Shown here: positions 34,498 to 44,564 of the stretch, piece after piece
Layout: each line of letters begins with the position of its first letter
How positions within the stretch are numbered: the first letter of the stretch is position 1
DNA from: a virus
Taxonomy: Duplodnaviria; Caudoviricetes
DNA length: 64,000 bases
Virus record (IMG/VR): IMGVR_UViG_3300037467_001237
Location: 6,370-70,369 of that record
Strand: one strand, 5' to 3'
Made by a program: the position numbers and the translations under genes
Notes under the pieces: model-generated
The model's database searches: none
What the model was told of the DNA's origin: nothing
What the model saw: only the letters and a program-made list of their open reading frames with translations

Positions 34498-36471
34498 TTA
34501 TGGCGCCTGATAGCACTGCGTTGAGGACGTGCAGACGAAGACAGCGTGACCGCCGTTCGCGAGTGTGATCGGGTTGTTCGTCCCGGCGCTCTCGATCTGC
34601 GCCCCTGTCATCGGGTAGACGTTGATCGTCGTGCCCGAGCGGTTGAAAACCTCTTGGCGCTGTCCAACCAGGGAGTAGAGCAAGACACCGCCCGTCCCGG
34701 AAGTGACGACGCTGATGTCGTTGCTCAGAAGAGTCGCACCCGCCTGCGTTGTCCCCGCGGCTGCTATCGTGGCATTCGTATACTGCGTCCGACCTTTGAA
34801 CGTCGTAATGCCGGTGATTGTCGCGCCGTTTGAGACGGTGAAGCCGCCCTGCACCTGAACGGGGGAGGCGCCCTGCCCGTACAGGTTCAAGGGAACGTTT
34901 GTATCGGAACCGGCCGCCTTGATTGCAGGGCCAAACCCCGCCCCGGCTGCCTGTACATAGACGTAGTTTGCAGAGGCGGTGCCGGGGTCCGCGATATAAA
35001 GACCCGTGCCGTTCGTAAGGTTGCCAAGCGTCAGAGACCCGTTGGCAGCGGCCTTGAGAGACGGCGCCGCGACAGTCTGTGAGAACGTGCCGCCTCCAGT
35101 CACGTTCAGCCCACTGAGCACCTGAACAGGTGAAGCGCCCTGTGCTTGCAGATTGAGCGGAACGTTTGTATCGGAACCGACCGCCTTGATGGACGGACCA
35201 AAGCCAGCCGTCGCGGGCAGCACGGCAAGGTTATTGGCAACAGCGCCGCCGGCATCGTTGACGGTTAGGCCGACACCATTCGAGTTGCCGAAAGAGACGG
35301 CGCCCGTTCCAGATGCCGACAGGCTGTTGCCGGTGATAGCACCGCTATCTCCAAGCCGTACCGCACCGCCATTGTAGGACAGCCCGGCCTTTCCGCTGTC
35401 ATACGTCAACGTTTTCCCAAAGCCAGAAAACGCAATGACCTGCCCGGCGCGAAGCGTTGCAGCGTAGGGCGCAGTATCCCCCGTCGCGTTCAGGACGATG
35501 TTGTGCTTCCCATCCACCCGGAGCGCGCTGTACGCCGCCGTCCCGAGATGAATGTCGTTGTCTGAAATCAGGTTGTCGCCAGAAAACAGAACGCCGTCAT
35601 GCACCATCGCGGAATTGGCGCTGTAGGCTACCGCGGTCGTGATGTTGGCCGGCGGCGCGTCCGTGATCGTCAGCGTGTTGGCGTCAACGTAGTTGACCCG
35701 GTAGGTGGTGCCATTGATCGTAACGCGGGTGATGGCGGCCGTGAACGAGTTTCCGGAGACGCGGGCGACGGTCGTGCCGGAGGTTGTGACGGTCCCGCTG
35801 AACCCCTGCGTAAATCCTGCGCCGCCATAGATGTATGCGGTCCCTGGATAGGCAGCGATGCCGTTCAGGAAGATGTGGGCGGCAATGGCGCCAGAACCAG
35901 CGGCGGCGTCCATGTTGAAGTTGTTGACGTCATACTCGACACCGTAGCTCTGGACACTGCCGGAGCCGGGCGCGACGTGCAGGTCAATGTTCTGGCCCCA
36001 GGTGTAGGCGGGTCGGTTTCCCGAGGCGTCCGGCCGTTGGCGAACGCTGATAAGCTGGCCGGTGGTGTTGACCGATCCGTCCGGGGCGTGAGCGGCACTG
36101 TAAGGGCCGCCGACCACATCGAGGTTGATGAACTGGCCGTTAGCCTGCACCGCATTCGCGCCGTTGCCCTGCGCCTGGATAAGGCTGCCGGTCATGACGT
36201 TCGAAGACGGGTTGCCGCTGGCGTCCTTTGCGGCGCCGCGCGTCGGGTAGATCAAAAACGCCTGCGACGGCGAAGACCACACGCCCCAGCAGGACGGCTG
36301 CCAAGACAAGGTGCCGTCTGTCGCGAATGCCCCGGCCGTGGTCGCGCACCCGGAAGGAGAGGTCGCCGTGACGCTGTTGGCCGTCACGCTGTTGAACCGC
36401 GGGTTCAGCGACGCCTGCGCCTGGGCAAGCGTCGGCAGCGCCGCGAGGATGAGGGCGAGCAGGATGCGCAT
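34498..36471 (-). CDS. Fibre/spike-like beta-rich protein with N-terminal signal peptide
   Basis: MRILLALILAALPTLAQAQ; internal repeat PAxAGFGPxIKAxGSDTNVPLNLxxQGASPVQV. Confidence 0.6.
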   Translation of the reverse strand: MRILLALILAALPTLAQAQASLNPRFNSVTANSVTATSPSGCATTAGAFATDGTLSWQPSCWGVWSSPSQAFLIYPTRGAAKDASGNPSSNVMTGSLIQAQGNGANAVQANGQFINLDVVGGPYSAAHAPDGSVNTTGQLISVRQRPDASGNRPAYTWGQNIDLHVAPGSGSVQSYGVEYDVNNFNMDAAAGSGAIAAHIFLNGIAAYPGTAYIYGGAGFTQGFSGTVTTSGTTVARVSGNSFTAAITRVTINGTTYRVNYVDANTLTITDAPPANITTAVAYSANSAMVHDGVLFSGDNLISDNDIHLGTAAYSALRVDGKHNIVLNATGDTAPYAATLRAGQVIAFSGFGKTLTYDSGKAGLSYNGGAVRLGDSGAITGNSLSASGTGAVSFGNSNGVGLTVNDAGGAVANNLAVLPATAGFGPSIKAVGSDTNVPLNLQAQGASPVQVLSGLNVTGGGTFSQTVAAPSLKAAANGSLTLGNLTNGTGLYIADPGTASANYVYVQAAGAGFGPAIKAAGSDTNVPLNLYGQGASPVQVQGGFTVSNGATITGITTFKGRTQYTNATIAAAGTTQAGATLLSNDISVVTSGTGGVLLYSLVGQRQEVFNRSGTTINVYPMTGAQIESAGTNNPITLANGGHAVFVCTSSTQCYQAP

Positions 36472-36530
36472 GGGGACCGGATGTTGGGGATGTAGGGGCT
36501 CCCCGCGGTGAGGCGGGGAGCGGGAGGCAG

Positions 36531-38201
36531 TTAATGCGACATCCACGAGGCGCCGTCGCAGTAGGCCAGCGCTCGCGCCGTGCCGCCGCCCGTGAGCGCG
36601 CCGCGATAGGTCGGTGCGGTCGCGTCGGTGACGACCGCGATGCCGTCTCGGTTCGTCGTGTTGCAGGTTGGCAGCGTGGCGACCGTGTAGGCCGGCGGAT
36701 GGGGCAGTTGCTTGAACACCCAGGCGGATGCGGTAGCGTAGCCGACCTCCGTGCCGCCAGTTCGGAAGCTGATCGCGCCGCCGGCCGGCACGTTGAGCAG
36801 CGTGTTGCTCGCATCGCCATAGAGGGCATAAGCGTTCGATCCGGTCGCAAAGGCGATGGAGGTTGAAGCCGCCATGCTCACGGAACCGCTGAGAGTGACC
36901 GGGCCGAGCAGGGACCAGCCGCCGGTTGTTGCCGAGCCGACTGAGGTGTTCCCGACCCGGAACCCCAGCGTCGCGCTGGTTGGCGCGTTGAGGATCGTAT
37001 TGCCGGCGTCGCCGTAGAGCGCGAAGTTGCTGGCGCCTGTCACGAAGCCGATGTTCGATGTCGCCTTCATCAGCAGCGGCTCTGTAACGCTGGCAATCGC
37101 CGCACTGCCGCCGTCCGTATACCGGCCTGACTGATAGGTGCTCTGTACTGTCGAGATCTGCGACGACGTTAGCGCCGAGAGGGAATAAGCGGTCGTTGAT
37201 GCGAGATCCTTGCTGGTCGAGATTGTGGCGTTGCTCGCGTTCTCGGCCTTGAGGAAGTTGGCTTCATTGGCCGTGTTGGTGGTGTTGTTCGCGGCGGCGG
37301 TGCCGACATCGAACCGCGCATACGAGCCATAGAGCCTATACCCAGATAGGCCGTTGCTCTCCGCGTCGGTGGAGTAGAACCCGAGATCCGAGTTGATGCC
37401 GTTGTAGCCGTAACCGCCGTTCTGATCGGCGCCGGTCGAGACGAACGACGTGGAGTTCATTTTCGTGACTTGCCAGCCATCTCCGGTGTTGTGCGACGCT
37501 TCGGAGTTGATCACCGCCAGGGTCGTGTACTGCCCCGAGCCGGTAGAGGTCAGGCCGTTGCCGCCGTTGAACTCGGTGAGCGATCCGCTGATCGTCGTCA
37601 GATAGGTGTTCGGGAGATTGAACCCGTCGCCGCCGTTGTAGGCCACCGTGACCCGCTCGATATGCGACTGCACGAGCGGCAGATTGATACCGTGCCTCGG
37701 CGCCCGCTCAATTTGCAGGTCGGACAGACCGAACATCTGCACGGCAGACGACGCGCCGCCGAACCCGTCCGCGCCGGCCGGTGCTCCGACGAAATCGAGG
37801 ACCGTGCCAGCCATCGGGGGCTGATAGGAGAACTGCTGCGGTCGCCCAGCGCCGACGAACCGCGTGCCATTGACGGGGGTGATGGTCGCGTTAATCCGGC
37901 AGATGCCGGCCGGCACGCGAATGAGGCGACCGAGACTGGCCGCCGCCTGGAACGCCGCCGCGTCATTGGTGCTGCCGTCGCACTTGGCGCCGAAATCCTT
38001 GACGCTGAGCGCATCCGCAGCGCGATCTGCCATAGCGCGCGCCGAAGTGGCGCCCGTCGCCGTGGCCTTGACCCCAGCCGACCCATCGCCCGCCAGCGTA
38101 TTGGCCGTGAGGCTGTTGACGGTCGGCGACGGCAGCGACTGAGCGAAGGCAGCCGACATGGGCGCCAGCGCAAGCAGTGCCGCGATGAAACTCGTGCGCA
38201 T
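36531..38201 (-). CDS. Tailspike-like beta-helix (pectate lyase 3-like) protein with signal peptide
   Basis: SVKDFGAKCDGSTNDAAAFQAA motif; NGGDG/NGGNG/NGGYG repeats. Confidence 0.75.
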   Translation of the reverse strand: MRTSFIAALLALAPMSAAFAQSLPSPTVNSLTANTLAGDGSAGVKATATGATSARAMADRAADALSVKDFGAKCDGSTNDAAAFQAAASLGRLIRVPAGICRINATITPVNGTRFVGAGRPQQFSYQPPMAGTVLDFVGAPAGADGFGGASSAVQMFGLSDLQIERAPRHGINLPLVQSHIERVTVAYNGGDGFNLPNTYLTTISGSLTEFNGGNGLTSTGSGQYTTLAVINSEASHNTGDGWQVTKMNSTSFVSTGADQNGGYGYNGINSDLGFYSTDAESNGLSGYRLYGSYARFDVGTAAANNTTNTANEANFLKAENASNATISTSKDLASTTAYSLSALTSSQISTVQSTYQSGRYTDGGSAAIASVTEPLLMKATSNIGFVTGASNFALYGDAGNTILNAPTSATLGFRVGNTSVGSATTGGWSLLGPVTLSGSVSMAASTSIAFATGSNAYALYGDASNTLLNVPAGGAISFRTGGTEVGYATASAWVFKQLPHPPAYTVATLPTCNTTNRDGIAVVTDATAPTYRGALTGGGTARALAYCDGASWMSH

Positions 38202-38210
38202 GGATAGCCT

Positions 38211-38849
38211 TCAGGATTTCGAGAGCATGCCGCCGTTCCACCAGAGCTGCCCTGGCGTGGGTGGCAGGCTGGTCGGAAGCGTGGTCAGCATGGATGTGAC
38301 GAACGCCGCGAGGCCGAGAATGTCGGAGACGTTGTGCTGGTGGCTGAGCGGCGCGGCGTTCTGGGCGCCGCCCATCAGCCACGACAGCACCTCAACCACA
38401 TCCGTCGCCTGGATCGGGTCGGCGAGGGTGACGTAGATCCCCGACGTCGCCGTGTAGGCGCTCGTCGGCAATTTGCTGCCATTCAGGAACACGAGCGGCG
38501 TGCCGGGCGTGTACGGCGCGACCGTGATGGTTGTCTGCCCAACGGCGGCATTTCCGTCGGCAACGCTGAAGCGCTGGAATGACGGCGTTGCCAGCGCGCT
38601 GGCAGCAGCCGCGCCCATCGCCTGGCGCTGAGAGGCGGCGTCGGCGACGTTGAGCGCCTTGAACTGAGCGCTGGCGTCGGTGAGGGCAGAAACCGTCGTC
38701 GGGCCTGGGATGCCCTGCGGTCCCTGTGGACCTTGGGGCCCCTGCGGACCAGTGGCCCCAGGCGCGCCCGCCGGGCCCGCCGGGTTGATCTGCGTCGAGG
38801 TCGCGGCCGGGTTCGCGTCCTGCCCGTAGAGTGCAAAGCTCGTCAGCAT
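38211..38849 (-). CDS. Collagen-like tail fibre protein
   Basis: [26 protein letters not shown]. Confidence 0.7.
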   Translation of the reverse strand: MLTSFALYGQDANPAATSTQINPAGPAGAPGATGPQGPQGPQGPQGIPGPTTVSALTDASAQFKALNVADAASQRQAMGAAAASALATPSFQRFSVADGNAAVGQTTITVAPYTPGTPLVFLNGSKLPTSAYTATSGIYVTLADPIQATDVVEVLSWLMGGAQNAAPLSHQHNVSDILGLAAFVTSMLTTLPTSLPPTPGQLWWNGGMLSKS

Positions 38850-39472
38850 TACCGCGTCACCCCGGCCGTTACCGTCACGCTCGCGGGGCCGCTGAGCGCC
38901 ATGAGATTGATCGGGCCGCCGTCCGCGGCCGTCGCCACGATGTCGGTCACCAGCGCGCTGCCGCCGGTCGTCTCGGGGAGCGCGCCGAGGCTCGAGGCCG
39001 GCACGTAGGCCGACAGCACGCCCGTTGTGCCGCCGTTAATCAGCAGCCCGTTGTCCGTCGACATCTCCAGCAACACGCCTGTGTCGCTCGCCGTGGCGCG
39101 GATCTGCTGCCGAAAGCTGATCCCGGTCAGGTCGAGCGGCATCACTTGGAAGGTGATGCTGTTGGCGGCCGCGGTCTGGGTCACGTTGGCCGAGAGCGTC
39201 ACCGACGTCGTCGATGGGATCGCCGTGATCGTCGCCCCGGCCGGGATGCCGTAGCCGGACACCTTCTGCCCGGTGACGAGGCTCGTCACGGTCACGGCCG
39301 GCAGGTTCGACAGAGTCGCGCTGCCGGCCGTCGTCGAGGCCGTCGCGACCAGCGGAACCTGCGGCCCGCTCGGGGCGGCGATCACGAATGAGTAGGTGAA
39401 CGCCGCGTTCTTCACGAACGCGAACGCCGTGCGCGCGCCGTCGATCTGAGGCAGGAGAGAGATTTGGGTCAC
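38849..39472 (-). CDS. Virion structural protein
   Basis: Thr/Ala-rich, in the tail fibre cluster. Confidence 0.55.
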   Translation of the reverse strand: MTQISLLPQIDGARTAFAFVKNAAFTYSFVIAAPSGPQVPLVATASTTAGSATLSNLPAVTVTSLVTGQKVSGYGIPAGATITAIPSTTSVTLSANVTQTAAANSITFQVMPLDLTGISFRQQIRATASDTGVLLEMSTDNGLLINGGTTGVLSAYVPASSLGALPETTGGSALVTDIVATAADGGPINLMALSGPASVTVTAGVTR

Positions 39473-39526
39473 GGAGCGCCTCAGAGGGACTTAGATGGGC
39501 TCGGCTCGGTCGGTGCGCGGGCTGCA

Positions 39527-40066
39527 TCACCCCGCGGGCGACAGGGCCGCGAAGACAGCATCGATCTGCGCGAAGGTCGTGATCGTGGCCGGGCTAGCGT
39601 TGATGCCGGCGTCCACCTCGGCCTCTGCCGCAAAGCACGCCTGAACGTGGGCGCCGACGGCGAGCGCCACCGCCTTGAACTGGTCTGCCGTGAGTGTCAC
39701 GAACCCGGTCGTCGCCTTGTAGGAGACAGACTCCGCGCCGGACGCCTGCACGTAGGCGTAGGCGTTGCCGATCATCGCCTGACTGCCGCGGTCGGTGGCG
39801 ATCGGGGCGCCGTTGACGGTGATGCCGCCGGTCTCGACCTCGAGGCGCTTGGCGGCTGCATAGGCCAGCAGCGCGGACGCGGCCGGCGCCGGATCGGGAA
39901 GCGCCAGCACCGCCGCAAGGTCGTCGTCGGACGGCTTCGGGCCGAGCAGACCCTCATCCCACTGGAACGCGGTCGCGCCGTCGTCCGTCACCAGGAACGC
40001 GGCCGAGCGCGCGAAGTCGTCCACCGACATGCCGAGCGCGGCGGCGTAGTGCTCTGCGAGGTTCAT
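39527..40066 (-). CDS. Tail fibre assembly-like protein (DUF4376-like)
   Basis: KRLEVETGGITVNG..IATDRGSQ, VGAHVQACFAAE. Confidence 0.7.
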   Translation of the reverse strand: MNLAEHYAAALGMSVDDFARSAAFLVTDDGATAFQWDEGLLGPKPSDDDLAAVLALPDPAPAASALLAYAAAKRLEVETGGITVNGAPIATDRGSQAMIGNAYAYVQASGAESVSYKATTGFVTLTADQFKAVALAVGAHVQACFAAEAEVDAGINASPATITTFAQIDAVFAALSPAG

Positions 40067-40072
40067 CGGGCC

Positions 40073-41482
40073 TCAGAGGATTTTGGTGAGGGTCAGGGAG
40101 AAGTTCTTGGCGTTGGCATTGCCAAAGCCGTTGGCGTTCACGCCTGCGGTGGGCTTCAGGATATCGCCGGCCGCGAGCACCACGATGCCGTTGGCCTGCG
40201 CGTATTCCTGCCAGATCCCGGAGCCGGCGGCGTAGTAGGCGGTCTTGCCGTAAGCGGCGGACGTGCCATTCTTCAGGACGTAGATTTGGCCGTCGTTCGA
40301 TCCCGAAGTGGTCACGTTGGTGTTGAGTTCGCCGAACATGGAGATCGAATAGAGACCAGGCGTGACGACGGTAAAGCCGCTTGAGCCGTTATTGGTGAAG
40401 TCCGGCGTGCTGGCGTCCGAGAATATCAGGGTCGTAAAGGTGTTGCCGTTCGTAACCGCCTGTAGAGCGAAGTTGGAGAACGTCGTGATCTTAACGTTGG
40501 ACAGCAACTGTTGCGTGATGCTGGTGAAAGTCTCTGACGGTGCCGCGCCAGCGAGGCGAAAGGCAACGCCATCGTAGAAGATCTCGCGCCACCCCGCGGG
40601 GATGTCGCCGACGGCGGGCGCGCCGCCTCCGCGCAGCAGGATCGACTTGTTGCCAGTCCCGTTGATGTTGATCACCGGGCTCGTCGTCGTGTTGGCGTTC
40701 GCGAACTTCACGAAGACGCGTTGCCCGGTGACCAGCGTTCCGGTGTTCGGGATGAGCGCGACGACGTAGTTGTTGGCCGTGCCCGTATCGACGCCGTAGG
40801 TCCACACCCCGGACTGGATGCCCGCCGGGATGCCCGGCAGCGTGGCGGGGATGAACGGCGCGGTCGAAAGCTGGACGATCTGGCCGGACGTGATCGCGGT
40901 CTGGCCGTTGACCAGCGTGATCGTGTACAGGCCGACGTTGCCGACGTCGGGCGACGGCGCGGTCTGCGAGCCGGTGGTCGCGGCCGCGCCCGCCTTGAGC
41001 GAGACGACGCACTTCGACTGGCGAGCCGTCAGGGTCGCGTTGCCCGAGTTGTTCGGGCCGTTGTAGGGCTGGGCCGGGTTGGCCGCGTTGTAGAACGGGA
41101 CCGTCGTCGTCGTGTCGGAGTCAGACTGCGCCGCTTGGATCAGGTAGGTCTGGCTGTAGCCGGGCGTGCTCGGCGGCGTCAGGGTCAGGGTAACGCCGGG
41201 CTCCTGAAGGATGCCCTGCTTGATCGTGGCGTTGGTATCGGTGCCGAGGTCGCTGTAGGCGACGCCGTCGATCGCCGCCGTGGTCATGATTGAGCCGCGC
41301 CCGACCACCACCGAGAGCGACGGGACCGTCGTCGGCGAGCAGGCGAGGCCCGACACGACCGTGCCGCCCGCGCCCATCACAGCCTCGAGCGCGTAGCCGA
41401 GGCCGACGAGCTTGGACTTCTCCATCCCCAGGAGCTGAGCGTTGGGGATGAGCTGCCCGGTCTGGAAAGCCTGACGATCCAT
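40073..41482 (-). CDS. Tail fibre protein
   Basis: Follows baseplate genes; DTGTANNYVV, FANANT repeats typical of fibres. Confidence 0.7.
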   Translation of the reverse strand: MDRQAFQTGQLIPNAQLLGMEKSKLVGLGYALEAVMGAGGTVVSGLACSPTTVPSLSVVVGRGSIMTTAAIDGVAYSDLGTDTNATIKQGILQEPGVTLTLTPPSTPGYSQTYLIQAAQSDSDTTTTVPFYNAANPAQPYNGPNNSGNATLTARQSKCVVSLKAGAAATTGSQTAPSPDVGNVGLYTITLVNGQTAITSGQIVQLSTAPFIPATLPGIPAGIQSGVWTYGVDTGTANNYVVALIPNTGTLVTGQRVFVKFANANTTTSPVININGTGNKSILLRGGGAPAVGDIPAGWREIFYDGVAFRLAGAAPSETFTSITQQLLSNVKITTFSNFALQAVTNGNTFTTLIFSDASTPDFTNNGSSGFTVVTPGLYSISMFGELNTNVTTSGSNDGQIYVLKNGTSAAYGKTAYYAAGSGIWQEYAQANGIVVLAAGDILKPTAGVNANGFGNANAKNFSLTLTKIL

Positions 41483-41551
41483 ACGAAAATCCTCGCGCGC
41501 ACGCGACCGCGCTGCGGGGCAGCCGGTGGGGCGAATGCAGTGGGAAGGGGA

Positions 41552-42199
41552 TTAGGAGATCTTCACCCAGGCGCGGACGCCAGCCGCGACGGTCTTGAGT
41601 GTGGTCGCGTAGATCTCGGCGTTGGAGACGCCGCCCGTGCGCTGCGACCCGATGAGGGCCAGCGCGCCGACGCCGACGCCGCCCGCGCCGGTTCCGATGC
41701 CGGCGACGTTCGGCACGCCGGAGTAGCCAGGACTCTTGACCGTGACGAACACCTGATCGGTCAGGTCGAGCGACCCGATCGGGGCGCCGACGCCGACGCC
41801 GAACGTGTAGCCGAGCGCCGCGCAGTCACCGGGGTTCCACGGCTCGATCAGCGTCGGCGCGCTGCCGGTCAGATCTTGCAGCGCTTGGGAGACCGCCGCG
41901 CGTGTGTTGCGCGGCCGGATCAGTTCCGCCGCGATCCTGGGGATGTAGCTGTCGTCGGTCTCGCCCGTGCGCCGCGGCAGGCCCTTGCCGAAGTAATCCA
42001 GCGCGAACAAGTCGACGAAGATGCCCGACGATGTCGCGAGGCGGGACTGCGCCAGGACGAAGGTGTAGAGGCTGTAGGCCCAGGAGACCGGCGCGCCGAG
42101 GGCGGCCAAGACCGCGTCCCGAACCGGCGCGTCGCCGCTGCCGAACCACGAGGGCGGGAGCAGGCTCCGCAGGCGGCCCGGCATATCAGGGAGTGCCAT
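41552..42199 (-). CDS. Baseplate wedge protein (gpI/YmfQ-like)
   Basis: LRSLLPPSW, RRTGETDDSY; follows baseplate J. Confidence 0.65.
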   Translation of the reverse strand: MALPDMPGRLRSLLPPSWFGSGDAPVRDAVLAALGAPVSWAYSLYTFVLAQSRLATSSGIFVDLFALDYFGKGLPRRTGETDDSYIPRIAAELIRPRNTRAAVSQALQDLTGSAPTLIEPWNPGDCAALGYTFGVGVGAPIGSLDLTDQVFVTVKSPGYSGVPNVAGIGTGAGGVGVGALALIGSQRTGGVSNAEIYATTLKTVAAGVRAWVKIS

Positions 42200-42208
42200 G
42201 CGGGCCTC

Positions 42209-43363
42209 TTAGGGGCTGGTCGGGTTGACGGCGATGGCGTTGGCCTTGATCGTCTGGCCGATGGTCGGCACGAGATCGGCCGTGCCGCTGTTCAGTGAGA
42301 CCGAGGACACGTTGGTCACGCCGGCCGATGCCTCGTAGGCGATCTGCTCAAGACGCGTGTACCGAAGCGTCGTGCCCAGGCCGAGGCCGTTGATGTACGT
42401 GGTCAGGGCCGCGCTCACGGCGGACGAAACCGCCGGGACGTTGTAGGTCGGGTCGACGTTGATCGCGATCTGGACGTTGGCGGGCACCAGCGTCGCCCCG
42501 AACACGCCAACCCGCACCCCGAAGGCGCGATACTGGTTGACCGCAGCGCCCGCCGCCGTGACGACCGACGTCGGCGGATTGCCCGAACCGTCATCCACGA
42601 AGATGCAGTTCATGCCATCGGTGGGTGTGCCGTTGGGCTGCTGGAACTCCGCGAAGGACGACTGGAGGTTCAGCCCAAGCGCCGAGATCGCGTAAGCCAG
42701 CGCGCCCCGCGTCGCCTTGGACAGCGAGGCGATGTAGAAGACGAACCTGGCTTTGACGGCGTTGTCACTTTCAGCGGCGGCGCCGTTTGTGAAAGCGACC
42801 GTGTTGACCACCGCGTCGATGCCGGAGACCGCGGTCTGGAGCTTGGTGATCGCCTGCGCCTGGACGTTGCCGCCCGTGCCGGCGACGAGCGCTTGGACGG
42901 GCACCGCGACCGTGTTTGCCCCGGCGAGCAGGACGTAGCCCGGCGCTCCGGTCGCCGTTGCCGTCGCCGAATAGCTGGCGTTCGTTGTGTCGGCGTAGAC
43001 CTGGAAGACCCGGCTGCCGTCAGTCGTGGCGACCTGCGCCCCCACCGGGATAGCGACGTTGCCGGTGGTCGAGTAGCGGGAGAACTGGACGAGGCCCGTG
43101 GCCGCGACGGCGGGCAACCGCGTCATCCCGAACGCGCCGACGAAGGTGTCGACCCAGACGCCCTGCGAGGACACGAGCCGGGTGACCGAGAGCGCGTAGA
43201 TGTAGAGCTTCTGGAGCCACGTCCCGAGCCCGGCCGCGGCCTCGGCGAGCGCGAGGAAGACGCTCCCTTGCGTGAAATCGAGCGGGGTCTGGCTGGTCGC
43301 CTGCGCCGCAGCCGCCGCGTCCTGCACGAGTGTGGCGTGCTTCTTGGTGGTCGGGGCGGCCAT
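42209..43363 (-). CDS. Baseplate J-like protein
   Basis: [34 protein letters not shown]. Confidence 0.85.
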   Translation of the reverse strand: MAAPTTKKHATLVQDAAAAAQATSQTPLDFTQGSVFLALAEAAAGLGTWLQKLYIYALSVTRLVSSQGVWVDTFVGAFGMTRLPAVAATGLVQFSRYSTTGNVAIPVGAQVATTDGSRVFQVYADTTNASYSATATATGAPGYVLLAGANTVAVPVQALVAGTGGNVQAQAITKLQTAVSGIDAVVNTVAFTNGAAAESDNAVKARFVFYIASLSKATRGALAYAISALGLNLQSSFAEFQQPNGTPTDGMNCIFVDDGSGNPPTSVVTAAGAAVNQYRAFGVRVGVFGATLVPANVQIAINVDPTYNVPAVSSAVSAALTTYINGLGLGTTLRYTRLEQIAYEASAGVTNVSSVSLNSGTADLVPTIGQTIKANAIAVNPTSP

Positions 43364-43367
43364 GCTC

Positions 43368-43760
43368 TTATGCGCTCACATCAAAGGACAGGGTGCGAGG
43401 GGTTTTGGACGGCGCGTCCGTGTAGGCGATGGTCAGCGTCAGCGTGCCGAGCTGGTCGGCCGTGACGGAGACATCCGGCGGCGGCGACTGCACGACCGCG
43501 ACCTCGTTGAACATCTGCTCACGGCATACGCCCTCGACCCGAGCCTCGGGACCGGGCTGGCCGACGTAGCGCGGGATGCCGGCGCCGTAGTCGGAGTGGA
43601 ACAGGTACTCGCCGACCCGCTGGCCGATCGCGTCCCGTCCGTTGGTGCAGAGCCGGCGAATGATCCGCTGCTCGCCGCGCTGGGCGCCCGAGACGGTCGC
43701 GAGGTCGCCGGTCGGGGACAGCGAGAGATCGCCGCCCCAGTAGTGGTCGAGGTCGGCCAT
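43368..43760 (-). CDS. Baseplate wedge protein (gp25/gpW-like)
   Basis: IIRRLCTN, HSDYGAGI; synteny. Confidence 0.7.
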   Translation of the reverse strand: MADLDHYWGGDLSLSPTGDLATVSGAQRGEQRIIRRLCTNGRDAIGQRVGEYLFHSDYGAGIPRYVGQPGPEARVEGVCREQMFNEVAVVQSPPPDVSVTADQLGTLTLTIAYTDAPSKTPRTLSFDVSA

Positions 43761-43769
43761 GCCGCTCCC

Positions 43770-44555
43770 TTATGGACTGGTGAGGACGGACTTGCCGCCG
43801 GCAAGCATGCTGAGCCCCGAGATCTGCTGGGTCGCGCTCAAGCCGCCCGTGATGCTCGTCTGGCCGTTGATGCTCGTGTCGCCCTCGAAGCTGTGCGACT
43901 TGGCCTTGTAGGTGACCGAGCCCTGGCCGGCGTCGAGCGTGACGCTCTGATCCTTGGCCTTGATCGTCACCGCGCCGTTCTTGTCGACGGTGATCGTCGT
44001 GCCGGACTTATGCGCGAAGCTGAAGCTGCCGTCCGGGCTGACCGTGAAGGTCTGCTTGCCCTCCGGCTGCTCGTCTTGCTGCTTTGTGCCATCCTTGCCG
44101 GTCGCGGCGTCCTTGCCCTGCCGGTTCTTGATCGAGCCCGCGCCGAGAATGGACACCGTGCCGTCCTTGGCGAACTTCATCGCCGAGCCGGTCTCGTGGA
44201 CGATCCAGTGCTCGCCCTCTTTCATGTTCTCCGGCGGCTGGTTCTGCTCGCTCGAGTGCCGCTGGACGATGCGCCCGGTCTCGTGGTCGCCCATGTCGAA
44301 GGCGACCTCGACCGGCTGCCCGACTTTGGGCAGCGAGTAGATCCCGAAGCCCTTGCCGTTGGCGACCGCTTGGATCGGGATCCAGCCGCCCTCGGCGTTG
44401 TCCTGGTCGTTCGGGTCGTGCGGCTCGTAGCGCACTTTGGCCGAGTAGGTGTCGGGATCGACACTGGTCACGACCGCGTTGCGGTTGTGCTTGCGCCGCG
44501 CCATGACGCGCTCGACCTCAAGGCGCACGAGGCCCTTAATCTGTTCCATGTGCAT
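43770..44555 (-). CDS. Baseplate central spike (gpV-like)
   Basis: YSAKVRY, WIPIQ, PKVGQPVEV OB-fold plus beta-repeat C-terminus. Confidence 0.8.
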   Translation of the reverse strand: MHMEQIKGLVRLEVERVMARRKHNRNAVVTSVDPDTYSAKVRYEPHDPNDQDNAEGGWIPIQAVANGKGFGIYSLPKVGQPVEVAFDMGDHETGRIVQRHSSEQNQPPENMKEGEHWIVHETGSAMKFAKDGTVSILGAGSIKNRQGKDAATGKDGTKQQDEQPEGKQTFTVSPDGSFSFAHKSGTTITVDKNGAVTIKAKDQSVTLDAGQGSVTYKAKSHSFEGDTSINGQTSITGGLSATQQISGLSMLAGGKSVLTSP

Positions 44556-44564
44556 GGGAGCGCC

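Noticed and set aside
42270-42312. Partial gapped match of guide 51605-51679 to baseplate J (SVS-L-NSG)
   Set aside because: Needs a one-codon insertion and gives only six dinucleotides; not significant.
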